A stretch of DNA of 63,004 bases. It comes from Thermoanaerobaculia bacterium. Lineage in GTDB: Bacteria; Acidobacteriota; Thermoanaerobaculia; Gp7-AA8. Positions 10,712 through 18,830 of this stretch are shown piece by piece. The notes under the pieces were generated by a model. That model saw nothing but the letters and a program-made list of their open reading frames with translations, was not told where the DNA came from and searched no databases. The first letter of the stretch is position 1, and each line of letters opens with the position of its first letter. Made by a program: the position numbers and the translations under genes. The stretch lies in NCBI GenBank assembly GCA_035525045.1, contig DATLEX010000175.1:1-63004 (forward strand), given 5' to 3'.

Positions 10712-10817
10712 GATTTTGGATTTTAGAGTTTGGATTTTGGATTGGGGCGCGAATCCACCTTGGGTAGACCTGCTCGCTCCAAAATCCAAAACCCAAAATT
10801 ACCCAAAATCCAAAATC
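10712..10817. repeat. inverted pair of tandem heptamer arrays (GATTTTG-type x5 / CAAAATC-type x5)
   Basis: Left arm 10712-10746 reads GATTTTG GATTTTA GAGTTTG GATTTTG GATTGGG. A 33-nt spacer follows. Right arm 10780-10817 reads CAAAATC CAAAACC CAAAATT (acc) CAAAATC CAAAATC. The element fills the udg-priA gap, and the udg stop codon (10816-10818) lies in the last unit. Confidence 0.9.
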
Positions 10818-11454
10818 ACGGCGTCTTCCCCAGCTCCCCCATCACCTTCTTCATGTCGTTCCAGACGTCTTTTTTAGCCGAGGGGGTGCGGAGAAGATAC
10901 GCGGGGTGGTAGGTGGGCATCACCTTGATCCCCTCGTACTCGAGCCACTGGCCGCGCACCGAGGAGATCGGGTAGGCCTTGCCGGTGAGGCTCTGCAGGC
11001 CGAACTTGCCGAGGGTGACGATCACTTTCGGGCCGATCAACTCGACCTGCTTCTGGATGTAGGGGCGGCAGGCATCGAGCTCGTCGGGCTCCGGGTTGCG
11101 GTTCTCCGGCGGGCGGCATTTGATCACGTTGGCGATGTAGACGTCCGCGCGCGTGAGCTTCATGGCCTTGATGATGTCGGTGAGGAGCTGCCCGGCCCGG
11201 CCGACGAACGGCTCCCCCTTCAGGTCCTCGTCGCGCCCCGGCGCCTCGCCGATGAACATCAGGTCGGCATCCGGGTTCCCTACTCCGAAAACGACCTGCG
11301 TCCGTGTGCCGGAGAGCCGGCAGCGCGTGCAGGCCGCCGCCTCCGCAGCCAGCTCGGCGAGCTCACTCCCCAGTGACCCCTGAGCCCCAAGATCGAGGTG
11401 CGTGAACCCGAGGTCGCGGAGCAACGTCAGTTCGCGGCGGAGCGCCTCATCCAT
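10816..11454 (-). CDS. udg: uracil-DNA glycosylase, family 4
   Basis: Family-4 UDG motifs [23 protein letters not shown] and HPAYLLR. Confidence 0.88.
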   Translation of the reverse strand: MDEALRRELTLLRDLGFTHLDLGAQGSLGSELAELAAEAAACTRCRLSGTRTQVVFGVGNPDADLMFIGEAPGRDEDLKGEPFVGRAGQLLTDIIKAMKLTRADVYIANVIKCRPPENRNPEPDELDACRPYIQKQVELIGPKVIVTLGKFGLQSLTGKAYPISSVRGQWLEYEGIKVMPTYHPAYLLRTPSAKKDVWNDMKKVMGELGKTP

Positions 11455-12640
11455 GGAGCCGTTGTACCACGGCGTCGAGGATGCGGTTGGCGATGACGAG
11501 CTTGGGGGCCTTCTCCAGGCGGAGCGAGTCGCCGTTTTTTCCGATGATCAGCACTTCGTTCTGTTCGGAGTCGAAACCGATCGAGGCGTCGCCCACGTCG
11601 TTGGCCACGATCAGGTCGGCGCGCTTCTTCTCCAGCTTCAGCCGGGCGTTCTCCTCGACCGAGTCGGTCTCGGCGGCGAAGGCGACGATGAAGGGGCGGG
11701 GGCTCAGCGAGTCGAGTGAGGCCAGGATGTCCGGGTTCCTGCGGAGAGAGAGGTTCAGAACCTCCTCGCCCGGCTTCTTCTTGATCTTGGCGCCGGCGGG
11801 CTCGGATGGGGTGAAGTCCGCCACGGCGGCGGCCTTGATCACGATGTGGTGCGAGGCGGCCGCGCCCGTCACGGCGTCGAACATCTCCTGCGCGGTGGTG
11901 ATCCGGACCAGGTCGACGCCGGCAGGCGAGGGCAGCGAGGTCGGCCCGGAGACGAGCGTGACCGCCGCGCCGCGCCGCCGCGCCGCCTCGGCGAGGGCAT
12001 AGCCCATCTTTCCCGACGAGCGGTTGGAGAGGTAGCGCACGGGGTCGATCGGCTCACGCGTCGGCCCCGCGGTGACCAGAACGCGTTTCCCTTCGAGGTC
12101 GCGCGTCGCGAAGTGCGCGCGGACCCGCTCCACGATCACCGGAATCTCCGCCAGGCGTCCCGGCCCCTCTTCCCCCTCGGCGAGGTACCCGCTCTCCGGG
12201 TCGATGATCTCCACGCCGCGGGCGCGCAGGGTCTCCAGGTTCCCGACGACGGTGGGATGCTGCAGCATCGACCAGTTCATGGCCGGCGCGACCATGAGCC
12301 CGGAGCGGTGCGCGAGGGCGTAGGTCGTGAGCGCGTCGTCGGCGATCCCGACGGCGAGCTTGGCGAGCACGTTCGCCGTCGCGGGCGCGATGAGCAGGAG
12401 CTCGGCCCGGCGGGCCAGCTCGATGTGGTCGACGCCTCCCGTGCCGGGATCGCCCCACTGGTCGAGGATCACGCCGTGATGCGAGACCGCGGCGAGAGAG
12501 AGTGGAGAGACGAAGCGCGCCGCGTTCGGGGTGAGGACCACCTGGACGTCCGCGCCGATGTCCTGGAGCCGCCGGACCAGCTCCGGCGCCTTGTACGCGG
12601 CGATCCCGCCCGACACCCCCAGAACGATCTTCATTGTCAT
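11447..12640 (-). CDS. coaBC: bifunctional phosphopantothenoylcysteine decarboxylase / phosphopantothenate-cysteine ligase
   Basis: 397 aa. N-terminal flavoprotein motif GVSGGIAAYKA and a C-terminal CoaB-like half. The real start may be the second ATG at 12634 (MKIVLG). Confidence 0.92.
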   Translation of the reverse strand: MTMKIVLGVSGGIAAYKAPELVRRLQDIGADVQVVLTPNAARFVSPLSLAAVSHHGVILDQWGDPGTGGVDHIELARRAELLLIAPATANVLAKLAVGIADDALTTYALAHRSGLMVAPAMNWSMLQHPTVVGNLETLRARGVEIIDPESGYLAEGEEGPGRLAEIPVIVERVRAHFATRDLEGKRVLVTAGPTREPIDPVRYLSNRSSGKMGYALAEAARRRGAAVTLVSGPTSLPSPAGVDLVRITTAQEMFDAVTGAAASHHIVIKAAAVADFTPSEPAGAKIKKKPGEEVLNLSLRRNPDILASLDSLSPRPFIVAFAAETDSVEENARLKLEKKRADLIVANDVGDASIGFDSEQNEVLIIGKNGDSLRLEKAPKLVIANRILDAVVQRLHG

Positions 12641-12726
12641 TCCGAGCGTAGCCAGGAATCTGGAGGGGAGGGGGCGCGCTGCGTGTCCTCACCCGCCCGG
12701 ATCCCTCGCTCACGCTCGGGATGACA
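12635..12726. repeat. palindromic intergenic element with GTCATTCCGAGC-type termini
   Basis: TGTCATTCCGAGCGT (12635-12649) pairs with ACGCTCGGGATGACA (12712-12726), 15-nt arms with 1 mismatch. Internal AGGAATC...GATCCCT segments are present. It belongs to the same family as 25022-25145. Confidence 0.8.
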
Positions 12727-12933
12727 TTACTCCAGCGCGGTCGGCTCCTCGACGGGCGCGGAGAGGTGCCACTTGACCAGGTCCTGCGCCACCTCTTCCA
12801 TCGCCACGCGCGTGGTCTTGGCGTGGCGGCTCTTCACACGCGGCTGCGCTCCCTGAATGAGCTGCTCGGCTCGCTTGGCGACGAGCAGCACGTATCGAAA
12901 TTTACTGTCAATGCCCTCGGGCAAACCTTCCAT
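12727..12933 (-). CDS. rpoZ: DNA-directed RNA polymerase subunit omega
   Basis: 68 aa with IDSKFRYVLLVAKRAEQL, the omega signature. The gmk-rpoZ gene order is present. Confidence 0.88.
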   Translation of the reverse strand: MEGLPEGIDSKFRYVLLVAKRAEQLIQGAQPRVKSRHAKTTRVAMEEVAQDLVKWHLSAPVEEPTALE

Positions 12934-13591
12934 CCCGTTCCTCCTTGAACCGCTCCGCCATCCGGTGGATGGCTTCCAGCGCGGTCTTGGTCTTCAGCTT
13001 TCTGGCGATGATGGCCGCCTTCAGGCACTCGGTGGCCTCGGGGAGGTCATCATTGATGATGATGTACTGGTAGAACTCTTTTCCGGCGTCGATCTCGTCG
13101 AGCGCCTTCCGCAGCCGCAGGTCGATCTCCCCGTCGGTGTTCAGGCCGCGATCGCGCAGCCGCCGCTCGAGCGCTTCGATGCTCGGCGGAAAGATGAATA
13201 CGTTCAAGGAACGCGACCGGAGCTCGGGGTCCTCGGCGATCTGCCGCGCCCCCTGGTAGTCGATGTCGAGGATCACGTCCTCGCCGCGGTCGAGCTTCGT
13301 CACCACCTCGGCCTTGGAAGTGCCGTACCGGTGGGCATGAACGTGGGCATGCTCGAGAAATTCCCCCTTGCGGGCCATCTCCTCGAACCGCTCCGGCGAG
13401 ACGAAGTAGTAGTTTTTCCCTTCCTCTTCGCCGGTCCGCGGCCGGCGGGTGGTGTGGGAGACCGAGAAATAGAGCCTGATCCCGAGCGGCTCGAGCTGCC
13501 CGCGGGCGCCGTTGATGAGGGTGGTCTTCCCCGCCCCGGAGGGACCGGAGACGATGAACAAGGTCCCATCCGGGTGGAAGTTACTCGACAT
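12908..13591 (-). CDS. gmk: guanylate kinase
   Basis: P-loop GPSGAGKTT, with TTRRPRTGEEEGKNYYFVS typical of Gmk. Confidence 0.94.
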   Translation of the reverse strand: MSSNFHPDGTLFIVSGPSGAGKTTLINGARGQLEPLGIRLYFSVSHTTRRPRTGEEEGKNYYFVSPERFEEMARKGEFLEHAHVHAHRYGTSKAEVVTKLDRGEDVILDIDYQGARQIAEDPELRSRSLNVFIFPPSIEALERRLRDRGLNTDGEIDLRLRKALDEIDAGKEFYQYIIINDDLPEATECLKAAIIARKLKTKTALEAIHRMAERFKEERDGRFARGH

Positions 13592-14471
13592 TCTGTACCT
13601 GTTCGCGGATCCGCTCGACCTCGGTCTTCAATTCTACAACCAGGCTCCGGATGGCCGTGGCCCGCGACTTCGAGCCCATGGTGTTGATCTCGCGCAGCAT
13701 CTCCTGGGAGAGGAAATCGAGCTTTTTGCCGGCCGCCTCGCGGCCGTCGATGGAACGCTCCATCTGCTCGATGTGGTGCGTCATCCGCGTCAGCTCCTCG
13801 GCGATGTCGCCCTTCTCGACCATGATCACCACCTCCTGGGCGACCCGGTCGGCCGCCACGTCCACCCCCGCCGCAGCGGCGATCTCCTGTACCCGCTGCT
13901 GGAAGGAGGCCAGCAGCTCGCTCCGAACCTCCTCGCGGTGCGCGGCCAGACGCTCCTGCAGCGAACGGATTCCTGCCAGCCGCGCCACGACGTCGTTGCG
14001 CAGCGACTCCCCTTCCCGCTCGCGCATGCCCACCATCTGGGCGAAGGCTTCACGGGTCAGCGCCGAGAGCGCCTCCCGCTCCTCGTCCTGGACCTCATTC
14101 TCAATGGCCTCTACCTGCAGTAGATCGGGGACGCGCAATAGGTCGCTCCCGGAGAACGTGTGCCCGAGGCCCAGCTCCTCGGCCAGGCTCTTGAGCTGCG
14201 GGATGACCGCATTGGCGATCTGCTGATTCACGCGGACACTGTAGTCGGGCTGTTGCGTGCGCTGCACGCGCACCGACACGTCGACCTTGCCGCGGCTGAA
14301 GGTCTCCGCGGCGATGGCCCGAAGCGCCGGCTCGAGCTCCCACAGATACTCCGGGAGGCGGATCGAGACCTCGAGGAAGCGGTGATTCACGCTCTTCGCC
14401 GTCACCGCGACGAAGTAGCGCGAGGAGAGCGCGCCGGAGGCGCGGCCGAAGCCGGTCATGGATTGGATCAT
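13581..14471 (-). CDS. yicC: YicC/YloC family protein
   Basis: 296 aa. N-terminus MIQSMTGFGRA and the C-terminal DUF1732-like ...MGSKS... region. The yicC-gmk-rpoZ linkage is conserved. Confidence 0.88.
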   Translation of the reverse strand: MIQSMTGFGRASGALSSRYFVAVTAKSVNHRFLEVSIRLPEYLWELEPALRAIAAETFSRGKVDVSVRVQRTQQPDYSVRVNQQIANAVIPQLKSLAEELGLGHTFSGSDLLRVPDLLQVEAIENEVQDEEREALSALTREAFAQMVGMREREGESLRNDVVARLAGIRSLQERLAAHREEVRSELLASFQQRVQEIAAAAGVDVAADRVAQEVVIMVEKGDIAEELTRMTHHIEQMERSIDGREAAGKKLDFLSQEMLREINTMGSKSRATAIRSLVVELKTEVERIREQVQNVE

Positions 14472-14480
14472 GATTGGCGT

Positions 14481-14539
14481 CGTGAACCGTGAACCGTAAA
14501 CCGTAAGCTGCCGTTCGGTTGACGGTTAACGGTTAACGG
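14481..14539. repeat. imperfect inverted pair of tandem heptamer arrays (CGTRAAC x4 / TTNACGG x4)
   Basis: CGTGAAC CGTGAAC CGTAAAC CGTAAGC, then tgc, then CGTTCGG TTGACGG TTAACGG TTAACGG. There is about one mismatch per unit. The stop codon of the upstream gene (14526-14528) lies inside the right arm. Confidence 0.88.
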
Positions 14540-15166
14540 CTCCCTCCTTCCAAAGTCCTTCAAAATCGCTCTCGGCAAGTTCGGCAAGTGCATTCAACGC
14601 CCCCTCCACGCGCCCGCGCCATTCCTTGAGGTCGCCGTTGCGCGGGACCTCGATGGGGTCGCCGTAGAGGTAGATGACGCGCGTGAAGGGGTATGGGGCG
14701 ATCATACGGTCCCAGGTGCGCAACAACTTTTTTTTTTGGCGGCGAAGGCCACCGGGAGGATCGGGAGGCCGGTGGCCTGCGCGGCGAGGATCACGCCGTC
14801 CTTGGCGATGCGCGGCGGGCCCTTCGGGCCGTCGGGGGTGATGGCGATGTTCTGGCCGGCGCGGGCCTGGCGCAGGAGGTCGCGCAGGCCTGCGATGGAG
14901 CCGCGGGTCGACGAGCCGCGCGCGCCCTCCACGCCGTAGTGGGCGAAGACGCGGGCCATGATCTCGCCGTCGCGCGACTGCGACACCAGCGCGGAGATCG
15001 GCTTCCGGTAGCGGGCGTGGAGCATCAGCAGCAGATGCGAGTGCCAGAAGGCGAGGACGTACTGCGGCGTGGAGTCGATCTTCTCCACGCGCACGTGCCG
15101 GACGCGGAGCGAGGCGTAGAGGGCCCGCAGGACCCACGAGCCGAGGAGTGGAAGCAGCCGTCTCAC
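14526..15166 (-). pseudogene. DUF374-family (lysophospholipid acyltransferase-like) gene, reading frame broken at an A10 run
   Basis: ORF 14702..15166 (MRRLLPLLGSW...AFWHSHLLLM...ITPDGPKGP...LPVAFAAKKKSCCAPGTV*) and the tail of ORF 14526..15137 (...KKKLLRTWDRMIAPYPFTRVIYLYGDPIEVP...) together make one DUF374 protein. The frames differ by -1 and switch at T10 on the plus strand (14728-14737), which is A10 on the mRNA. The GTG start overlaps the msbA stop (GTGA). Confidence 0.8.
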
Positions 15167-17061
15167 GCCACCACCCCGGTGGGCCGCTCTTCCTCGGCGA
15201 ATTGCAGGTCGTACAGCCGCCGGTAGACGCCCCGGCGGGCCAGCAGCTCCTCGTGCCGCCCCACTTCGGCGATCCTCCCCTTCTCCAGCACCACGATCCT
15301 GTGCGCGCTGCGGATCGTGGAGAGGCGGTGGGCGATGACCAGCGTGGTGCGGCCGCGCATGAGGTTGTTCAGGGCGCGCTGCACGAGGCGCTCCGATTCG
15401 GTGTCGAGCGCGGAAGTGGCCTCGTCGAGAATGAGGATGGGCGGGTCCTTGAAGAGAGCCCGGGCGATGGCCAGCCGCTGGCGCTGCCCGCCGGAGAGCA
15501 GTACGCCGCTCTCGCCGATCATGGTGTCGTACCGCTCGGGGAGAGCGGAGACGAAGTCATGGGCGTGGGCGGCCTTCGCCGCGGCGATCACCTTCGCCTC
15601 CTCGGCGTCCGTGCGGCCGTAGGCGATGTTGTTCCGGATGTTGTCGTTGAACAGCACCACTTCCTGCGTCACGAAGCCCATCAGGCCGCGCAGCGAGCGC
15701 AGCGTGACATCGCGCACGTCATGTCCGCCGACGGTGATCCGGCCGGATGTGACGTCGTAGAAACGCGGCAGGAGGTTCACCAGCGTCGACTTTCCGGCGC
15801 CGCTGCCGCCGACGACGGCGACGATCTCGCCGGGAGCGATGCCGAGATCGATGTTCTGCAGAACGAGCTCCCGCGACGCGTAGGCGAAGCTCACGTTCTC
15901 GTACCGAATCCCCTCCCCTACCGACTTCAAGTCCACCGCATCCGGCTTCTCCTTCACGTCGTTCTCGACGTCCAGCATCCGAAAGACGCGCTCGGCCGCG
16001 GAGATGGCGGTGTTGAGCGACAGGTTCACCTTATTGAGCTTCTTGATCGGCGCGTACATCATTGCCAGGGCGCCGAGGAAGCTGGCGAACTCGCCCAGCG
16101 TCAGCGTGCCGGCGGCGATCCGCCGGTGCGCGTAGAGGAAGAGGAGGAGCATGCAGAGCCCGGCCAGCAACTCCAGCACCGGGGAGGTGAGGGCCTGGAT
16201 GCGCTGCGCCCTCAGGTTGGCCTTCAGGTGGCGCCTGGTGGCCTCGTGGAATCGGCGCAGCTCGAAGCGCTCCATGATGAAGGCCTTCACGATGCGCACG
16301 CCGCGGATGGTCTCCTCAAGCAGCGTGGCGATGTCGGCCATGCGCTCCTGCGACCGGTGCGTCGTTCCCCGAAGCCGCCGGCCGAAGTGGACCACCGGCA
16401 GGACGATCACCGGCGCCACGATCAGGCTGAGGATGGCCAGCTCCATGTTCATGATGAAGACGAAGGCCAGCAGCGCGAAGAGGGTCAGCGATTCCTGGAA
16501 GAGGTCCCCCATGCGCGTGGACACCGCGGCCTGGATGGCATCGGCGTCGGAGACGACGCGGCTGACCATCTCTCCGGTGGAGCGCTCGGAGAAGAAGCCG
16601 TGACTCTGATTCATGATCCGCTCGTACAGCTCGTTGCGCAGGTCGCGGACCGTGGAGAGTCCCACTTTCTGGAACGCATATTCCGCGAAGAAGGAGGCGA
16701 AGGCGCGGATGACGAAGACCAGCAGCAGCGCCGTCAGGACGCGCTTCCACTTCTCGGCCGGGTCCTGGTTCCACCATGCCTGAAAGCCGGCGGTGGCGCG
16801 ATCGAAGGCGTTGATCACCACGCCGCGCTCCCCTGTCGGCCGGTCGCGCTTGAGGATGAGCGTGCGCAGCCGGTCCTCCGTGCTGTCCCGCTGCTCGACC
16901 CGCTCGATCCGGGGCGGGGTGAGCACCTCGTCGAAGAGCGGCCGGATCAGCGCCATCAGCGCCGTCTGCGTGGCGGCGAAGAGGATCATCGAGCCGAACG
17001 CCAGCACCGCCCACGCCTTGTAGCGGCCGATATACCGGTAGAGGCGCCTCAGAACGTTCAT
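15163..17061 (-). CDS. msbA: lipid A export-type ABC transporter, fused permease/ATPase
   Basis: Start at ATG 17061 (MNVLRRLYRYIGRYKAWAVLAFG). The ORF-track extension to 18246 is a shadow through lpxB. There is a six-TM N-half, Walker A GGSGAGKST, and LSGGQRQRLAIARAL followed by ILILDEATSALD. A 4-nt overlap joins it to lpxB. Confidence 0.9.
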   Translation of the reverse strand: MNVLRRLYRYIGRYKAWAVLAFGSMILFAATQTALMALIRPLFDEVLTPPRIERVEQRDSTEDRLRTLILKRDRPTGERGVVINAFDRATAGFQAWWNQDPAEKWKRVLTALLLVFVIRAFASFFAEYAFQKVGLSTVRDLRNELYERIMNQSHGFFSERSTGEMVSRVVSDADAIQAAVSTRMGDLFQESLTLFALLAFVFIMNMELAILSLIVAPVIVLPVVHFGRRLRGTTHRSQERMADIATLLEETIRGVRIVKAFIMERFELRRFHEATRRHLKANLRAQRIQALTSPVLELLAGLCMLLLFLYAHRRIAAGTLTLGEFASFLGALAMMYAPIKKLNKVNLSLNTAISAAERVFRMLDVENDVKEKPDAVDLKSVGEGIRYENVSFAYASRELVLQNIDLGIAPGEIVAVVGGSGAGKSTLVNLLPRFYDVTSGRITVGGHDVRDVTLRSLRGLMGFVTQEVVLFNDNIRNNIAYGRTDAEEAKVIAAAKAAHAHDFVSALPERYDTMIGESGVLLSGGQRQRLAIARALFKDPPILILDEATSALDTESERLVQRALNNLMRGRTTLVIAHRLSTIRSAHRIVVLEKGRIAEVGRHEELLARRGVYRRLYDLQFAEEERPTGVVA

Positions 17062-18158
17062 CGCAATGTGGCCATTATCGCTTCTGCGGCCCGGCGGCTC
17101 GCCCCAGAATCCCCCAGAATCCGCCGGACCTCCAGCATGTCCGCCCGCGCCTGCGCGTAGCGCTCCGGCGCCACCATCTCCCGCACCGCCGCGGCGATGT
17201 TGGGCCCGGTCACCTCGTTCTGCATCAGCTCGGGGACCACGTTCCTCCCCGCCACGATGTTCACCAGGCTGAAGTACGGGAGGCGGACCAGCCGCCGGGC
17301 GATCCGATAGGTGAGCCGGCCCAGCCGGTACATCACCACCACCGGCGTGCCGAGGACGGCCGCCTCCAGGGTGGCCGTGCCGGAGGAGGAGAGGGCGATG
17401 TCGGCGGCGGCCACGGCTTCGCCGCGGTCGCGGGGTAGGATCGGCACATCCAGGCCGCTCGCGGCGACCAGCCGCTGGAGCTGCTCGTGGTCGATGGTCG
17501 GCGCCTGCACGATGTACGGCTCGAGGGCGCGCTCGCGGCGCAGGATGGCCACCGCCTCGAGCATGGCCGGGAGGACGTCGTCCACTTCCCGGCGGCGCGA
17601 CCCCGGGAGCAGCGCCACGCGGAGCACGCCGTCGCGCCGCTCCGGCCGTACCACGCCGGCGATCTGATCGATGAGCGGATGCCCGACATAGGTCACCCGG
17701 ACGCCGTGCTGGCGGTAGAACGCCTCCTCGAAAGGGAGGATCACGATCATGTGGTCGACCCAGCGGGCGATGCCGTGCACCCGCCTGCGGCGCCAGGCCC
17801 AAACCTGCGGCGAGATGAAGTAGATCACCGTGAGCCCCAGCTCCCTGCAGCGCTTCGCCATCCGAAGGTTGAAGCCGGGATAGTCGACCAGCAGCACCGC
17901 GTCGGGCCGCTCCTGTTCGATTCGCTTTACCAGCTCGCGGAACACCCGCCGGAACATCCCGATGTGACGGATGACGCTGAACAGCCCGACGAAACCGAGC
18001 TCGCGGGCGTGGTGCAGAAGCTCCACCCCCTCGCGGCGGAGCAGGTCTCCGCCGATCCCGAACACCTCCAGACCGGGGGCCAGCTTCTTCACTTCGCGCA
18101 GGACACTGGCGGCGTGAAGGTCGCCGGAGGCCTCCCCCGCGACGACGGCGAGCTTCAT
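17058..18158 (-). CDS. lpxB: lipid-A-disaccharide synthase
   Basis: Start at ATG 18158 (MKLAVVAGEASGDLHAASVL), the typical LpxB N-terminus. 366 aa. Confidence 0.92.
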   Translation of the reverse strand: MKLAVVAGEASGDLHAASVLREVKKLAPGLEVFGIGGDLLRREGVELLHHARELGFVGLFSVIRHIGMFRRVFRELVKRIEQERPDAVLLVDYPGFNLRMAKRCRELGLTVIYFISPQVWAWRRRRVHGIARWVDHMIVILPFEEAFYRQHGVRVTYVGHPLIDQIAGVVRPERRDGVLRVALLPGSRRREVDDVLPAMLEAVAILRRERALEPYIVQAPTIDHEQLQRLVAASGLDVPILPRDRGEAVAAADIALSSSGTATLEAAVLGTPVVVMYRLGRLTYRIARRLVRLPYFSLVNIVAGRNVVPELMQNEVTGPNIAAAVREMVAPERYAQARADMLEVRRILGDSGASRRAAEAIMATLR

Positions 18159-18166
18159 GTCCAGAG

Positions 18167-18239
18167 CCTTCTCCCCCCCCCTGCGGGGGAGAAGGTGGCC
18201 GAAAGCGCTTCGCGCCACCCTCTCCCGCCAGCGGGAGAG
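18167..18239. repeat. cluster of three adjacent GC-rich hairpins
   Basis: CCTTCTCCCCC (18167-77) pairs with GGGGGAGAAGG (18185-95). GGTGGC (18194-99) pairs with GCCACC (18214-19). CTCTCCCGC (18220-28) pairs with GCGGGAGAG (18231-39). The cluster lies between the small membrane ORF and lpxB. Confidence 0.7.
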
Positions 18240-18276
18240 GGCACACCCTCCCGTGCGACGTGAAGTAACCGCTCCA

Positions 18277-18462
18277 TCATCGCAGCGGAAAGGGGAACAT
18301 GGCCCATCCGAGGGCGATGCCGCCGCAGAAGAGGGAGAGAAAGACGAAGAAGAAGAAGCGGAGGCGTTCCCTCCGCCCATGCTTCCAGAGCAGGGTGAAG
18401 AAGCAGGCCGTGGCCAGGGCGTAGAGGAACATGAGCACGGCGTGATTGCGGAGGAGGCTCAC
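18277..18462 (-). CDS. small hydrophobic protein (two predicted TM segments)
   Basis: 61 aa, MSLLRNHAVLMFLYALATACFFTLLW...FFFFVFLSLFCGGIALGWAMF. GC3-rich. The GTG start overlaps the upstream stop by 4 nt. Confidence 0.55.
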   Translation of the reverse strand: MSLLRNHAVLMFLYALATACFFTLLWKHGRRERLRFFFFVFLSLFCGGIALGWAMFPFPLR

Positions 18463-18830
18463 TTCTTCCGTCCCTCGGCGATGTCGTAGCAGTCGAGCAC
18501 GAGCAGGAGATTCATCAGCCCCGCGGTCAGAGTGAAGGTCGTCCCGTACTCGTAGGTGATGGAGGTGACGTCGCCGTGCGGACCGAGCGAGCGGGCGACG
18601 AAGTAGATCACCCCCGCCCCCATCGAGCCGAGGCTGGCCAGGACGCGCAGCAGGGCCCGCCCGCTCTCGCGGAGCGTGTAGAGGTTGCCGTCGATGGCCA
18701 GGCCGATGAGGAACATGAACAGGACGATGGCGAAGAAGGCGGCGGCGCGCCGGCGGTATCCGAGGTAGAAGTGGCCGGCGCCCGGCACGAGCCAGGCCAG
18801 CACCATGGCCAGGATGGAACGCTTACTCAT
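18459..18830 (-). CDS. membrane protein, unknown function
   Basis: 123 aa with several TM helices (ILAMVLAWLVPGAGHFYLGY..., FFAIVLFMFLIGLAI...). It overlaps the HIT gene by 8 nt. Confidence 0.65.
   Translation of the reverse strand: MSKRSILAMVLAWLVPGAGHFYLGYRRRAAAFFAIVLFMFLIGLAIDGNLYTLRESGRALLRVLASLGSMGAGVIYFVARSLGPHGDVTSITYEYGTTFTLTAGLMNLLLVLDCYDIAEGRKK

Noticed and set aside
10712-10817. Possibility that the tandem-repeat arrays (here and at 14481, 19342, 27019, 30944, 33774, 37679 and 43385) are CRISPR arrays.
   Set aside because: - The period is 7 nt with no spacers.
- The arrays are only 20-40 nt per arm.
- They are arranged as inverted pairs.
- There are no cas genes in the window.
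15163-18246. Very long N-terminal extensions in the ORF track: msbA as 1027 aa, scpA as 637 aa (25146..27059), aspS as 666 aa (49059..51059), the LptC-like gene as 724 aa (2998..5172), and lpxB as 440 aa.
   Set aside because: - The extensions are Arg/Pro/Gly-rich.
- They run through the neighbouring upstream gene in another frame.
- Internal Met codons give canonical N-termini, often with 4-nt ATGA/GTGA coupling to the upstream stop.
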